A stretch of DNA of 44,554 bases, taken from Myxococcales bacterium (GTDB lineage: Bacteria; Myxococcota_A; Polyangia; Polyangiales; Houyiibacteriaceae). Within the stretch, counting starts at the first letter, position 1. The number at the start of each line of letters is the position of its first letter. The stretch spans positions 2,848,184 through 2,892,737 of the forward strand of contig CP070713.1 of assembly GCA_020351445.1 (NCBI GenBank). Reading direction: 5' to 3'. Position numbers and translations under genes: made by a program. Below the pieces are notes generated by a model, which saw nothing but the letters and a program-made list of their open reading frames with translations, did no database searches and was not told where the DNA came from. Positions 23,612-35,700 of the stretch are shown here, piece by piece.

Positions 23612-25748
23612 CCACGGGCGTTGGCGAGCTCGCCGACCCAGCCGTCATCGACAGCCGGGCATCGTGGAATCGAATCGCCGCCACATCACCCACCACGGTC
23701 GTCGCGTACAGCTGAACCACGAGTTGACTCGCGTCCTGCGGAACCCCGATCTCGTAACTCAAGCGCCACCGCTCCCCACCTCTGAGCTGGACTCCCTCGC
23801 GCACGAACTTCGCGTAGCCGCCTAGAAAAACGTCCTGGTGGAACTCGACCGCGGCTTGCTCGCCGACGATCTCGAGGTCCAAATCGACCCGTAGGATCGT
23901 GCCCGCCGGAACGCGCAGATACTGTCCGCCCATCAGAAGCTTCTTCCCCTCCGCGGCCGGCACCGACACCTCCTCCTCGGTCAATAGGTCGATCATTCCA
24001 GCTTCCGTCATGTCTCGGCGACCAGAGCGCGTCAGTCGAGCCACCTCGGCCACGAGCTGCTGGTCGCGTGGTGATGCCTGCTCCACCTGCCGTTTCGGCC
24101 CGAACACGAGGTCCCCAAGAGGAACCGAGCGCATGCAGTTGCGAAACGATTCGCCGCAGACGACGGCGCTACCAGCGGGCTCCCACATGATCACGCTTCG
24201 CGCGTAGGTGTTCCCGGCAAAAAGCCGGCGGGGCGTCTTGTATTCGCGAAACCAGCTGCGTCCGACAAAGTGGGCCCCCGGCCCCTTCAATCCGAGCAGG
24301 TCCGTCACCGACAGCGCGGTGTCGACATGCGCGAACAGCGTGTCGATCCGTTTCGCCTGCGGATCGGGAAGCATCACCACGGCGAACGACCAGCTCTGCG
24401 AAAGCAGTCTCTGAATCGCGGTCTCGGCCTTCATCAATCCCGTTGACTCGTCCGAGGTGATGATCACGACCGTATCCCGAAGCACACCACGTCGTTCGAG
24501 CGCTGTCAGGAACTCGGCCAGGGCGTCGTCGGCCCATCGAAAGGCTCGCTGCTGCCGGGTCCGCGCTCCCTCCATGGTTGCCGTATCCGGAAACGTGAAG
24601 GGATGATGCGTGCCCACCGTCAAGAGCGTCGCGAAGAACGGTTTCTCCGCAGCGTGAAGCTCTACCACCCGCTCGAGCGACTGCTCGAAGAACGCCTTGT
24701 CGTCGACGCCCCAATCCGTCCGCGCATAGCTCCGCTCGAACCAGTGATCCCCGATGAGCTCCTCGAAGCCGGCCTTCTTCATGAACTGATCCTTCAGCAT
24801 GAAGCCGAGGGGCGCCGATTGAATGTACGCGGTGACGTATCCTTCCTCCCGCAGGGCCTCGGGAAGGCATCGGCGAGCGGTTCCGTAGACCTGCTCGGTC
24901 ATCTTGGACTGATCGGTGAGGAGCTTCGGGTAGTCCCCACACAGGATGCCGTACTCCGCCCGGTTGGTTTGCCTTTGGTGGGAGATCACGCGCGTGAACA
25001 GGATGTGGCGCTGCGCAAGTGCATCGAGCTTGGGCATGGTCACCACGCTTCGAACTCCCTGCGCGGCGGCAACGGACGGCAAATGCGCCCCCGAAGCCGC
25101 CTCGACCATGATGAGAAGCACGTTCGGTCGATCGGAGAGCGGTCCGACCCAACGCTCGCCGCGCAAATTCCTCCGAAACACATCGCGCACCTCGGTGCGG
25201 ATCGCTGCCGACCCCTCCCCTAGGGAAGCTGGCACAACGGCGAGGTTGGCCTGAATCGCGTGCCGCTGTCGCCACTCTTGTCGCGCGTGCGACGTAGGGA
25301 TGACCACTTGTCCGAACACGCAAGTCGCAAACGCGACGCCCCACCATCGCCACCAGGGCCCGTTTGGGCTTCGCGCCCAGACCGCACCGGCAATTGCCCC
25401 AGCGGTGATCGATGCGAGCAAGACCGGATGTCTCATGTGACGAACCGATCCGCCGACAAAGGTCGAATCACCGAGGAAGCCGGCATGACTGAAGGCGTAG
25501 AGCGAGTCGAAAACCGAGATGAACTCGTACATCGCAAAGCTCGTCCATACGAACGCCACGACCACTACCAATCCGACGGCACGGCCCCACCATCGCCCGA
25601 TCGCGACGCATAAACCGGCAACGGCCACGACGAGCAACGCGACCGACGCATCGGCGAACGCGCCACGCAGGTCGATGGGAGCCGCCGCCAGGCGCTTTTC
25701 ACTCAGGAGCAGGGCGCGAGTCAGCCATGGCGCCGCAAGGCACACCAC
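23574..25748 (-). CDS. LTA-synthase / MdoB-family phosphoglycerol-type transferase (sulfatase fold) with a beta-rich C-terminal domain
   Basis: The start is GTG and an N-terminal membrane domain follows. Family blocks include PNVLLIMVEAASG, HQRQTNRAEYGILCGDYP (Thr nucleophile context) and LLTVGTHHPF. There is an extra ~200-aa C-terminal domain. Confidence 0.8.
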   Translation of the reverse strand: MVCLAAPWLTRALLLSEKRLAAAPIDLRGAFADASVALLVVAVAGLCVAIGRWWGRAVGLVVVVAFVWTSFAMYEFISVFDSLYAFSHAGFLGDSTFVGGSVRHMRHPVLLASITAGAIAGAVWARSPNGPWWRWWGVAFATCVFGQVVIPTSHARQEWRQRHAIQANLAVVPASLGEGSAAIRTEVRDVFRRNLRGERWVGPLSDRPNVLLIMVEAASGAHLPSVAAAQGVRSVVTMPKLDALAQRHILFTRVISHQRQTNRAEYGILCGDYPKLLTDQSKMTEQVYGTARRCLPEALREEGYVTAYIQSAPLGFMLKDQFMKKAGFEELIGDHWFERSYARTDWGVDDKAFFEQSLERVVELHAAEKPFFATLLTVGTHHPFTFPDTATMEGARTRQQRAFRWADDALAEFLTALERRGVLRDTVVIITSDESTGLMKAETAIQRLLSQSWSFAVVMLPDPQAKRIDTLFAHVDTALSVTDLLGLKGPGAHFVGRSWFREYKTPRRLFAGNTYARSVIMWEPAGSAVVCGESFRNCMRSVPLGDLVFGPKRQVEQASPRDQQLVAEVARLTRSGRRDMTEAGMIDLLTEEEVSVPAAEGKKLLMGGQYLRVPAGTILRVDLDLEIVGEQAAVEFHQDVFLGGYAKFVREGVQLRGGERWRLSYEIGVPQDASQLVVQLYATTVVGDVAAIRFHDARLSMTAGSASSPTPVVIEDEVSPADRP

Positions 25749-25813
25749 GACGATGAGCCCCCAGCCCGCCCTTCCCCTCCAATCCCGGTGTCTCGGTTCG
25801 ATGACGGGAAGTT

Positions 25814-26431
25814 ATGAGCTATGGAATCGTGATGGCAAAAGGTTTCGCACCCGCCGCCGAGCGCAACCGGCGACCGATCCTCGACGTCCTTCGACGCGTA
25901 CTACCGCCCGCAGGGCTCGTTCTCGAAGTAGCAAGCGGAACCGGACAGCACGCGATCTTCTTTTCCGAGCACCTGCCGACCCTGCAATGGCAGCCGACCG
26001 ATGCGTCCCCCGAAGCCCTCGAGAGCATCGGAGCTTGGGTCGACGAGACGCGTCGCGAGAACCTCCTGCCTCCCCTCGAGCTCGATGTGCACTGGTCGCA
26101 ATGGCCCGTCCCGGGAGCCGATGCCTTGCTGTGCATCAACATGATTCACATCTCGCCGTGGGAAACGACCGAGGCTTTGTTCCGCGGCGCCAGCGAGTTG
26201 CTCGTCGGTGGCTCATCGCTGATCACCTATGGCCCCTATCGTCTCCACGGCCGGCACACCGCACCCAGCAATGCGGCGTTCGACGAAAGCCTTCGGTCTC
26301 GGAACCCGCGTTGGGGTGTCCGCGACATCGATGAGCTCACCGAGCTCGCTAGGCGAACGGGCTTCGCGCTCGAAGAACGGGTCGACATGCCAGCCAACAA
26401 TATGACGCTCGTCTGGACACGGGACACTTAA
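25814..26431 (+). CDS. DUF938-family SAM-dependent methyltransferase-like protein
   Basis: APAAERNRRPILDVLRRVLPPAGLVLEVASGTGQHAIFFSEHLPTLQWQPTD matches the DUF938 N-terminal signature as I recall it. The start could instead be the ATG at 25832 (MAKGF). Confidence 0.7.
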   Translation: MSYGIVMAKGFAPAAERNRRPILDVLRRVLPPAGLVLEVASGTGQHAIFFSEHLPTLQWQPTDASPEALESIGAWVDETRRENLLPPLELDVHWSQWPVPGADALLCINMIHISPWETTEALFRGASELLVGGSSLITYGPYRLHGRHTAPSNAAFDESLRSRNPRWGVRDIDELTELARRTGFALEERVDMPANNMTLVWTRDT

Positions 26432-27507
26432 GGCAAAGCGAGCAGCGACGGTTCCCAGAACAGCATCACGAAGTAGCCGATGAAAACGACGATGAGGGTG
26501 GTCCCCCTCTTCCAGCCGATGGAGCTCCGCTCGTTCACCGCCATGATGAGAAGCAGCAGCGTCACGCCCAACATGATCGGGAAGTCCCGGACGATCACGG
26601 AGCGATCCACCGGTCCGGGCGCGATGATGCCCGGCAGCGCGAGCACGCCGAGCAAATTGAACATGTTCGACCCGACGACGTTGCCAATCGCGATGTCCTG
26701 CTCGTCGCGGCGTGCTGCGGCAACCGAAGCCGCAAGCTCCGGAAGGCTCGTCCCGAGCGCAACCACCGTCAGGCCCACGACGAGCTCGCTGATGCCGAGC
26801 TCGCGCGCAATGCCCGCCCCTCCCCAAACCAACACTCGAGAGCCCACCAACAAAAAGACCAAGCCGACCGAGAGCAGGGCGATGGCCTTGGCGGTGGGCA
26901 GCGAGTCGGGGATATCATCTTGCTCGAACCCTCCAGCGGGTGCGTCCGCGGCGGCCGCCGGCTCCTTGCGGCCCTGCATGCTGATCCAGGCGACCAACAC
27001 AAACATCCCGCCAAACAAGATGATGCCCTCGATCCGGCTGAGCTCCTCATCCCAAAGGAAGGCCCAAGCGATCGCCATGATGAGAAACAGGACCGGGATC
27101 TCCCGAACGAGCAGACGCGAGTGGATGCTCAACGGGTGAACGACCGCGGCAGCACCGAGAACCAGCGTCACGTTGGTGATGTTCGAGCCGACGGCGTTCC
27201 CGATGCCCATCGCCGGGCTACCGGCCGCCGCCGCCATCCCGGAGACCAGCATCTCGGGGGCCGAGGTCCCGAACGCGACGATCGTCAGCCCGACCACGAG
27301 GCGGCTGACCCCCAAATTGCGGGCAAGCCCAGCCGCCCCGTACACGAAGCGATCGGCTCCCCAGACCACAGCGATGAAGCCCACGATGACCGCGGCAATG
27401 GCGTAGAACGGCGTCAGGACGACCTCTTCGGCGAAACGAGGAACGGCGCAGTTTTGCGCAGGACCCGAGGCGCGCAAGCCCTGTGCAGTTCGCGCTGGTA
27501 AAACCAC
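26428..27507 (-). CDS. Ca2+/Na+ (CaCA, YrbG-type) antiporter
   Basis: Two alpha-repeat motifs are present: GTSAPEMLVS...GNAVGSNITNVTLVLG and GTSLPELAASVAAARRDEQDIAIGNVVGSNMFNLLGVLAL. The start is uncertain, either GTG at 27507 or TTG at 27477. Confidence 0.88.
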   Translation of the reverse strand: MVLPARTAQGLRASGPAQNCAVPRFAEEVVLTPFYAIAAVIVGFIAVVWGADRFVYGAAGLARNLGVSRLVVGLTIVAFGTSAPEMLVSGMAAAAGSPAMGIGNAVGSNITNVTLVLGAAAVVHPLSIHSRLLVREIPVLFLIMAIAWAFLWDEELSRIEGIILFGGMFVLVAWISMQGRKEPAAAADAPAGGFEQDDIPDSLPTAKAIALLSVGLVFLLVGSRVLVWGGAGIARELGISELVVGLTVVALGTSLPELAASVAAARRDEQDIAIGNVVGSNMFNLLGVLALPGIIAPGPVDRSVIVRDFPIMLGVTLLLLIMAVNERSSIGWKRGTTLIVVFIGYFVMLFWEPSLLALP

Positions 27508-27549
27508 CCCGCGGAGGGCTATACGTGTGACACCAGAGGAGGGGACAAC

Positions 27550-28311
<762 letters not shown>

Positions 28312-28322
28312 CCGGGCGGCAG

Positions 28323-31300
28323 ATGATCGAGAAGCCGCCACCGAGCCCACCAGGGGCTGCACGCAAGCGTGACGCGGTCGAGTTGCGCATTGCAAACCTG
28401 CGCCGCGAGCTAGAGGCCGAGACCGAGCCCACGCGCCAAGCGGCGGTCCTTTACCAAATGGGCGCACTTTATGAGCACGAGCTCGAGCTCATCTCGGAAG
28501 CGATCGACCACTACGGGCAGGCACACGCGGTTGCGCCGAGCTTTCAGCCCGCTCTGATCGCTCAACTGCGCATCGCCGAACGCGCCAAGAACGGATATGA
28601 CCTTGCGGCGCTTCGTTCAGAGCACGTGGCCACGGCAACGAGCCCCGCGGTTAGCGCCGCCGCGCTCATGGACTTGGCGCTTCATTCGGAAGATTGGGCA
28701 TCGCTACTGCGAGAAGCGATCGCGCGTTCGTCGAAGCCGGCCGTGCCCGCGCTCATCCTGGAATGGTTGGCGGAAGCGCGTGGCGACGATCAAGCGGTGC
28801 GACAGGCATTACTGACCCAGGCCGAGCACGCCGCGGACCCCAGCCTTCGAGCCGCCTTGTGGATGGACGTGGCCTTGAGCGAGATCGACGCTGGCCATCC
28901 CGACGAAGCGATCGCCGCGCTCGAGCGCGCCTGCGAATCCGACGCCCTCGTCTGGCAGGCCACGTCGCTGCAGCTCCGGATCGCCCAAGAGCACGGGCGG
29001 TGGGAAGTGTTCGTCCGTGCCGCAACCTCGATGGCTCGGTTGCTCGAAGCGGCCGCGGCAGACGATCAGCCTTCGGAGCCGCTGAACCTCTCGGTCCCCA
29101 ACGAGGAGCGACTGCCGATGGCGGCGTTTTTGTGGCAAGAGGCGGCTGCATGTAGCGCCACGAAGCTCGAAGACGCCGATGCGGCGGCGGACTACATCGA
29201 CTCGGCGTTGCGCCTATTGCCGGACCAACGCGCAACCCGATTGCAGGCGCTGCTCATCCAGGAGCGCCGTGATGACCGCGCGGCCTTGGAGAGCGCGTCT
29301 GACTGGTTTTTCAGGATGGCGCCGGAGGATCCCGCATTCGTGACGCACGAGGTACGGCGGGCGCTGTCGAGCGAGGACATGCACGGGGCAATGGAAACCC
29401 TTGCCGACGCGGCCGAGCGGTACCCGGCTTCCGACTATGCCCAAGCAGCGCTCGACGTGGCGTTGACTCGCAGTGCGGGGCATCTGGAGCGGGCCGAGCG
29501 GTTGCGCCATCGGGCAGAAACCACCGAGGGACAGGCCCGCGCTCGAGCCCTTTGGCACGCGGCACAGCTGACAGCAGCGAGCTCGGGGGCGGCGCAGGCC
29601 CAATCGCTCTATCGCGAGGCCGCAGAGGCCGCGACGGACTCGAAGGAACGGATCGTGCGTGAAGCGCTCGGCGCGGCGCTTCGCGCCAGAGAACCAGACG
29701 CGATCCTCGGCCGCTGCGACGAGCTGATGCAGTGCGACATCGAGCCCGCCGAGCAAGCGACGCTCGCGTTCACCCAATACGACGTGACGCAGAACATCGC
29801 AGGAGCACACCAAGAAGCTCAGCTGCTCCTGCGCAGCAGGATCGGGGACCCGAACAGCCATGCGTGGGCTCCGCACGTCGCCCGCGCCCACGCTGCGTGG
29901 GTGGGGAACACCAGCCTGCTGGCCGAGGCCCACGAGGCGATCGCCGGGCTGACTTCGGGGGACACGCAGCTCGGACACTTATGCGCTGCAGGGCAGGCCT
30001 ATGCGCGAAGCCGAGACTGGAACGCAGCCGAGCGTACCCTTCGGCAGGCCTTAGACGCGGCCCCCGACGACCGGTACATCGTTTCGTTGCTCGATGGCGT
30101 CCTGCGTGAAGGAGGCCGTCCCGAGGACGTCGTGTCCCTGGCCCGCGAACGGTCCCAGCGCGAAGCGGGCACCGAGCTGGGGGAGCTGTCGCTTCTTCTC
30201 GCCGGGGCCACCGCCGAGCGGAGCGGGAACCCAACCGCGGCTCGGCATGCATACGAGCAAGCGCTGCTGGAGGCACCGAGCTCTCCATCGGCAGCCTTGG
30301 CGCTGCTCGACATCGCGCACCGTCAGGACGACACCCACGCGATGGCGCGGGCGTTTGCCCACCTCTCGAGCGGTGATCTCGGAGGAGGCGTGCGAGAGCT
30401 GTACGCATTGCTTCGAGGTGACGCACTGTGTGCGAGCAGCGAGGGTGACGCGGGGGCGAGCGAAGCCTACGAGCGCGCCCTCGAACACCCTGCGACCACA
30501 CTCGCCGCTGCGGTCGCTCTGCTTTCGATGCCGACGCGGCTCACCACCGCCGACCACCGGTCCGCCGCCGAGGAGGCCCTTGCGGACGCGGAGGCGGACC
30601 CAGGAGATACCGCCGACGGATTCACCGCCGCATATGGCGCCTTGCGCGCGTCCCTCGGCGAAGAGGGCCCTTCCGCCGGCGACGCTTGGCTTGAGCTCAG
30701 CGCGTTGGCACCCACCGATGGGTTGCGGGCGGGTGCCCTCCTGCAGGGTCTTCGCGCCACACGCACCGCCCGAGGGGCCCGTGCTGTCGACGAGCTCTTC
30801 ATGCTTGCTCACGAGGCTGAAGGGCTGGCGGAAGTCCACGCCGACGCCGCGATCGCGATCGACGAAGCGATCGCACCCGGTGACGACGCGGAGCTTCGCG
30901 CAGGCGCGATCGAGCGAACGCTACAGCACAGCGATGCCCTCGGACGTGGGGCGCTGGATGCGGCCCGTTGCCGTGCGTTGGTCGAAGCGGGTAGAGGCGC
31001 CGAGGCCGTCGCGCTACTGAGCAGCGCGGTCGACGAGCGGCCCGATGATCTCGCATTGTGGGAAACGCTCCGAAGCGCGGCGCGCCAAGCCCAACAGTGG
31101 CCACTCGTCGCTCAAGCCTGCGAGCGCCTTGCGCCGTTCGTCGGGGGCTCGTTGAAAGCCGACCTGTTGGAGGAGGCTGGCGTCGTTCGTTTGGATTGCC
31201 TGGAGCAGTACCAGCAAGCGGAGGACCTTTTTCGACGCGCGCTCCAAGAGGACCCGACCCGCGACGTCGCCTTCCGCCGGCTGCACGACCTCCTCACGGA

Positions 31301-32747
31301 GCGAGAGGATGCCGAAGCCCTCGAAGAGCTCGTGTCCGAGCGGCTTGCCCAAAGCGGCCCGACAGACCGACTCGATCTGCTCTACGAACGCGCCCGCCTT
31401 CTTCGCGGGTTCAGCGATCGGCCCGGCGCCCTCGAAGCTCTCGACGAGTTGTTCGGCTCCGAACCGGACCATCCCGGTGCCCTGGCCTTGGCAGCCGAGG
31501 TGCACGTGTCACTCGAACGATGGGCCGAGGCGGTCGAATGCCTGCGGCGGCTGTCCAAAGCGAACATCCCGGAGGAACAGCGCAGGGTCGCGCACCTCGG
31601 TGCTGCGGATTTTCTAGAGGCTCACCTCGACGCGAAAGACGAAGCGTTGGGGGAGCTCCGCGCGGTGGAAGCGCTGGGCCTCGCCGACGTGCGGACCTGG
31701 ACGCGCATCGGCGCCCTCGAGGCCGGCTTCGACAACCGCGGCGCAGCGATCGACGCGTATACACGCGCCCTCGAAGCACAGCCGACCGACCCGGTCGCGA
31801 TCTCCAACTTGATCGAGCTCGTCGACGAAGCCGACAAGGACGCCATCTTGACGACCTGCGAAACCGCGATTTGGGAGCGGATCGACGGCGGCGAATTCGA
31901 CGGGTCGCTCCTCGAAGGCTTGAGGAACGCCGCAATGTGGCGGGGGCAACCCGAACGCGCCGCTGCTGTTCGGGCGGTACAGGTCGCGCTCGGCCTCGTG
32001 AGCTCAGACGACGAAGGCGTCGCGGACCTCGGCCACGTCTCGGTCGCCGCGGTCTGGGATCCCGACGCCAATCCGATTCTCTGGGAGGTCGTGCTTCGAG
32101 CGGGCCCCGCCCTATCCAAAGATCGCTTGCGTACCAAGAAGGCGGTGCCAAGCGATCCAATTTACGAGGAGCTCGAACGGCTGTCCCAGCGCTTTGGCGT
32201 CCGTGCGGGCTCCGTCGAGCTCTCTGACGACCTTGCCACGGTGTTCGCCCGAACCGGCCGCGCCGGCGAAATCGACTGGGTCGTTCCACGCGCGGCGCAG
32301 GCCGGTCTCGATGGCGTCGGGCGGTTCGTCGCAGGGCGTCTCGCGTGGGCGGCTCCACACGGTGCCGCGCGGCTGCTCGATGACCCACCTGAAAGGGTGG
32401 CAGGCATCCTCGGTGCGGTCCTTCGAGTCGCGCACTGCGAGGTCGCCCCCGGCGGGCCAACTCTACAGGCGGCGGACGTGAAGCTTCGGCGCGGCACCCG
32501 CAAGGCCGTTCACGCCGCGGTCGGCGACGCGACGCTCGACCCCTCGTCGTTGCTCGCCTTCACTCGAAGCCTCCATCGGAGCGCCGACCGAGCCGGATTG
32601 CTGGCATCGGGAGACATCGGCGCCGGGCTTGCCACGTTGTTGAACCGAAGAGCGACGGCGGACGCGGTGAAGACATCTGCTCGCGCCATCGATCTGCTTC
32701 GATTCTGGCTCCAAGACGGCTCACCACTGTGGGGTAACGATGGCTGA
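28323..32747 (+). CDS. Giant TPR/alpha-solenoid protein 1 (1474 aa) with a non-TPR C-terminal module
   Basis: The ORF is uninterrupted. TPR-like periodicity recurs throughout (A..Y..AL...P), for example AIDHYGQAHAVAPSF, AEDLFRRALQEDPTRDVAFRRL, AIDAYTRALEAQPTDPVAISNL. The last ~280 aa are non-repetitive and align by eye with the C-terminus of the next gene. Confidence 0.8.
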   Translation: MIEKPPPSPPGAARKRDAVELRIANLRRELEAETEPTRQAAVLYQMGALYEHELELISEAIDHYGQAHAVAPSFQPALIAQLRIAERAKNGYDLAALRSEHVATATSPAVSAAALMDLALHSEDWASLLREAIARSSKPAVPALILEWLAEARGDDQAVRQALLTQAEHAADPSLRAALWMDVALSEIDAGHPDEAIAALERACESDALVWQATSLQLRIAQEHGRWEVFVRAATSMARLLEAAAADDQPSEPLNLSVPNEERLPMAAFLWQEAAACSATKLEDADAAADYIDSALRLLPDQRATRLQALLIQERRDDRAALESASDWFFRMAPEDPAFVTHEVRRALSSEDMHGAMETLADAAERYPASDYAQAALDVALTRSAGHLERAERLRHRAETTEGQARARALWHAAQLTAASSGAAQAQSLYREAAEAATDSKERIVREALGAALRAREPDAILGRCDELMQCDIEPAEQATLAFTQYDVTQNIAGAHQEAQLLLRSRIGDPNSHAWAPHVARAHAAWVGNTSLLAEAHEAIAGLTSGDTQLGHLCAAGQAYARSRDWNAAERTLRQALDAAPDDRYIVSLLDGVLREGGRPEDVVSLARERSQREAGTELGELSLLLAGATAERSGNPTAARHAYEQALLEAPSSPSAALALLDIAHRQDDTHAMARAFAHLSSGDLGGGVRELYALLRGDALCASSEGDAGASEAYERALEHPATTLAAAVALLSMPTRLTTADHRSAAEEALADAEADPGDTADGFTAAYGALRASLGEEGPSAGDAWLELSALAPTDGLRAGALLQGLRATRTARGARAVDELFMLAHEAEGLAEVHADAAIAIDEAIAPGDDAELRAGAIERTLQHSDALGRGALDAARCRALVEAGRGAEAVALLSSAVDERPDDLALWETLRSAARQAQQWPLVAQACERLAPFVGGSLKADLLEEAGVVRLDCLEQYQQAEDLFRRALQEDPTRDVAFRRLHDLLTEREDAEALEELVSERLAQSGPTDRLDLLYERARLLRGFSDRPGALEALDELFGSEPDHPGALALAAEVHVSLERWAEAVECLRRLSKANIPEEQRRVAHLGAADFLEAHLDAKDEALGELRAVEALGLADVRTWTRIGALEAGFDNRGAAIDAYTRALEAQPTDPVAISNLIELVDEADKDAILTTCETAIWERIDGGEFDGSLLEGLRNAAMWRGQPERAAAVRAVQVALGLVSSDDEGVADLGHVSVAAVWDPDANPILWEVVLRAGPALSKDRLRTKKAVPSDPIYEELERLSQRFGVRAGSVELSDDLATVFARTGRAGEIDWVVPRAAQAGLDGVGRFVAGRLAWAAPHGAARLLDDPPERVAGILGAVLRVAHCEVAPGGPTLQAADVKLRRGTRKAVHAAVGDATLDPSSLLAFTRSLHRSADRAGLLASGDIGAGLATLLNRRATADAVKTSARAIDLLRFWLQDGSPLWGNDG

Positions 32748-35700
32748 GGACGACCTGTCTCAGGCAGACCGCGAGTCGGCACCCCCCTCGTTTGATTTCG
32801 ACGAGGATGCGATCACCACGCTGCTCGACACCTTCGTCGAGACGCAAACCGGCCCACAAGCGAAGCGAGTCAGCCGCCCTCCCAACCCATCGGACTCCGG
32901 CGCACAAGCGGCGCAACGCACGGTCTTCCAACACACCTCGCGTCACGAGGCCCTACCGCTGGTCGGCGACGCGCCAGAGACGAAGAAACGGCGCATCGAG
33001 CTCCTCGAAGCCCTGGCGGAACGCGCGGTCGGCTCGGCGCGGGCAAGGCTTCTCACGTCGGCCGCAGAGCTTCGAGAGCACCTCGGCGACGCCGCGGCCG
33101 CTGCAAGGAACTACGAACGAGCGCTCGCAGCCGACGCACGCGACGTCATCGTGCTCCGCGCGCTGCGGCGGCATGCCATGGGGCGCGAAGACTGGACCGC
33201 GGCGGCGGACGCGTTGGAGCGGGAGGCGTCTCTCGAGCTCAGCGCCACCGATCGCGCATCGGCTCTCAAGCTACTGGCCCACATTCAGCTGTCAAAGCTC
33301 CGTGATCCCGCGTCGGCCGAACAAGCGGCGACCCACGCCGCCGAGCTGCGAGAAGACGACTTCGTGGCGTGGGTCCTGATGGCGTCGGCACGACTGGCGC
33401 GCGGCGACTCGGTACGCGCGGCGGAGGCTCTCATGTGCGCCGCCGAGCTCTGGCCAAATGCCGAAGCCCAGGCACTCATCCTCTTGCATGCCGCACAGCT
33501 CATGGAGAGTGCCGGAGCGCTCGAGCTGGCGACGAGCGCATATGGCCGCGTCCTACAGCTGCAACCCACCCTCCTGACCGCGCATCTTGGCGTGATTCGC
33601 GCCGCGCGAGGGCTCGACCAGCCGGAGGCCGCGCTTCAGGCGCTGTACGAAGCCGCCGAATGCGCCTCGGCGCCGATCGCAGCAGCCCTCCGCCGAACGA
33701 CGGTGGCCGCAAGACAAGAAAGCGGTCGGCTGGACGCGGTGATCGCGCTTCTCGATGGGGCCGAGGACACTGCATCGCTGTGGACGCTGGCCGAGACTGC
33801 TGCGCTGGCCGGAGATAACCAACGGGCGATCGAGGCGTTCAGCGCAAACGCGTCCGGCCCAACACCTGAAACCCGAGCGGTGTGCCACGCGCGCCGCGCA
33901 CGCCTGCACGCCGAACAAGGCGAAAGCGCGCGCTTCGCACAAGCATCCCGGGATGCGCAGGCTGAACCCAGCTTGGAGCCATACGTGCAGGCCTGGGGGC
34001 GCCTGGTCGTGGCGGACGCCGAGGGCGGGAGCGAGCTTCGGCAGTTGCTCGAAACGATCTCCGACGGGGCCAAGGGTGTTTCGTCCAGGATGATTCGCGC
34101 CGACGATGCGGCACGCGTTGGCGACGGCGCGTCTTTCGTGGCCGCGCTCGAACGTGAGCTCGATGAGGCTCCCGACGACCTCGCCTTGGGGGCAGCGCTC
34201 GCAATCGCCGAAATCGCGGATGCCACCAGTGTGATCGATCGCCGAACGGCGTTGCTTCGAGCCGAGGAGCGCGTTCCGGGCGATCCGACGATCGGCAGGG
34301 CGCTGCTTCTCGAGGATGGTGATCCCGAGCGGAGCGCTGAACGCTGGACGGCCGAAAGCGAGGCGACGGCCGGGGAGCGCAGCACGTTTGCCCTCACGAT
34401 GGCCGCGCGCTTTGCGCTGCCCGGCTCCGAGGCCGCGATCGGCGCCTGTGAAGCGGCTTTGGAGCGAACGACGGATTATTGGCCAGCTCTTTGGGAGCTC
34501 GAAGACGCCCTCGGCTCGGCGGAAGCGCGTGCAGCGAGTGCCGCGACCCAGGCTACACTCGATCCTGCGGACCAGACCGCGGCGCTGCGGGCATCCATGT
34601 GGACTTCCTCGCCGAGCGACCGGCTCGTACATGCGGAAGCCGCCTTGAACCCAGACGCTCCCGACCCGCTGCTCGTCGAGCACCTCTTCCAGGCAGCCGG
34701 CGGCGCCACCGAGACCGCAGGTGACCTCATGGCTTTGGCCGCGCGACACCTCGAATTGGTCCCGTACCTCGAGCGCGCCGCCGCTTCGTACCGATCGGCA
34801 GGCCTTCCAGCCCTAGCCGCAAAAGCCCTCCGAGAGGCCTCGGCCGCGCACCCGGACGACCCATCGATTCGGGTGCAGCGCAAGGCCGCGGAGCTTCAGG
34901 CATCCGAGTTCGCGCGCTTAGCTGATTCCGCGATGCACCGTGCGCGCGAGGCCATCGATGATGCAGAGCGGCTCGGCGCGTTTTCGGCAATGGCCGAAGT
35001 CGATCGCCTCGCGCGACGCGACATGCAAAGCGCACGCTTGTCCCTGCAGTCGATCGCCGAGATCCGTCCCGACCACATCCCGACTGCGCGTGCCCTCGAA
35101 TGGGACGCGCTTCGGGAAAACGACAACGAGCGGATCCGGTCGAGCGCCCGCCGGCTCTTGGAAGCCCTCCCCCCAGACTCGGCCGACCGGCTCGCCAGGC
35201 ACAGGCTCATCCTCGAGCTGCTGAGAACCGATGCAGACATCCTGCAACCCGACATCGACAGGATGCTCCGCGGGATCGACGATGCGCTCGGAGCAGACCC
35301 GAGTCTAGCAAGACAAGTTCTGGGCGCCGCGTACTCCAGGGGTGAATCCATTCTCGCCCTCCAGGCGCTCACAGCGCTCGAAGCGACCCTCGACGACGAT
35401 CTGGAGCGTGGCGCTCTTGCGCTCGACGCCGCACGCCTGCTTCAGCGCCTGGGAGACACCGAGCGCGCGCTCGAAGTATTGGACGCGGCTCAGGGCCATC
35501 CTTTGGCGCGCGAAGGGGAAGCGCGGCTCCTTCAGGCCGCAAAGCGGTGGGAGGACGCAGCGGTCGTCTATCAAGACGCCGCGGCCCGCGCGAAGGACAG
35601 CCATCGCGCCGCCTCGTTGTGGAGGGAGGCCGCGTGTATCTTCGAAGAGGACCTCGACGATCACGGCCGCGCGATCGATGCGTGGGTCGCGGCAGCAACC

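Noticed and set aside
31058-32460. Extremely Arg-rich ORFs (389 aa on +, 349 aa on -) inside giant TPR gene 1
   Set aside because: These are alternative frames of a GC-rich, Ala/Glu/Leu-coding region. Translations with more than a quarter Arg plus Pro and Gly are not credible proteins.
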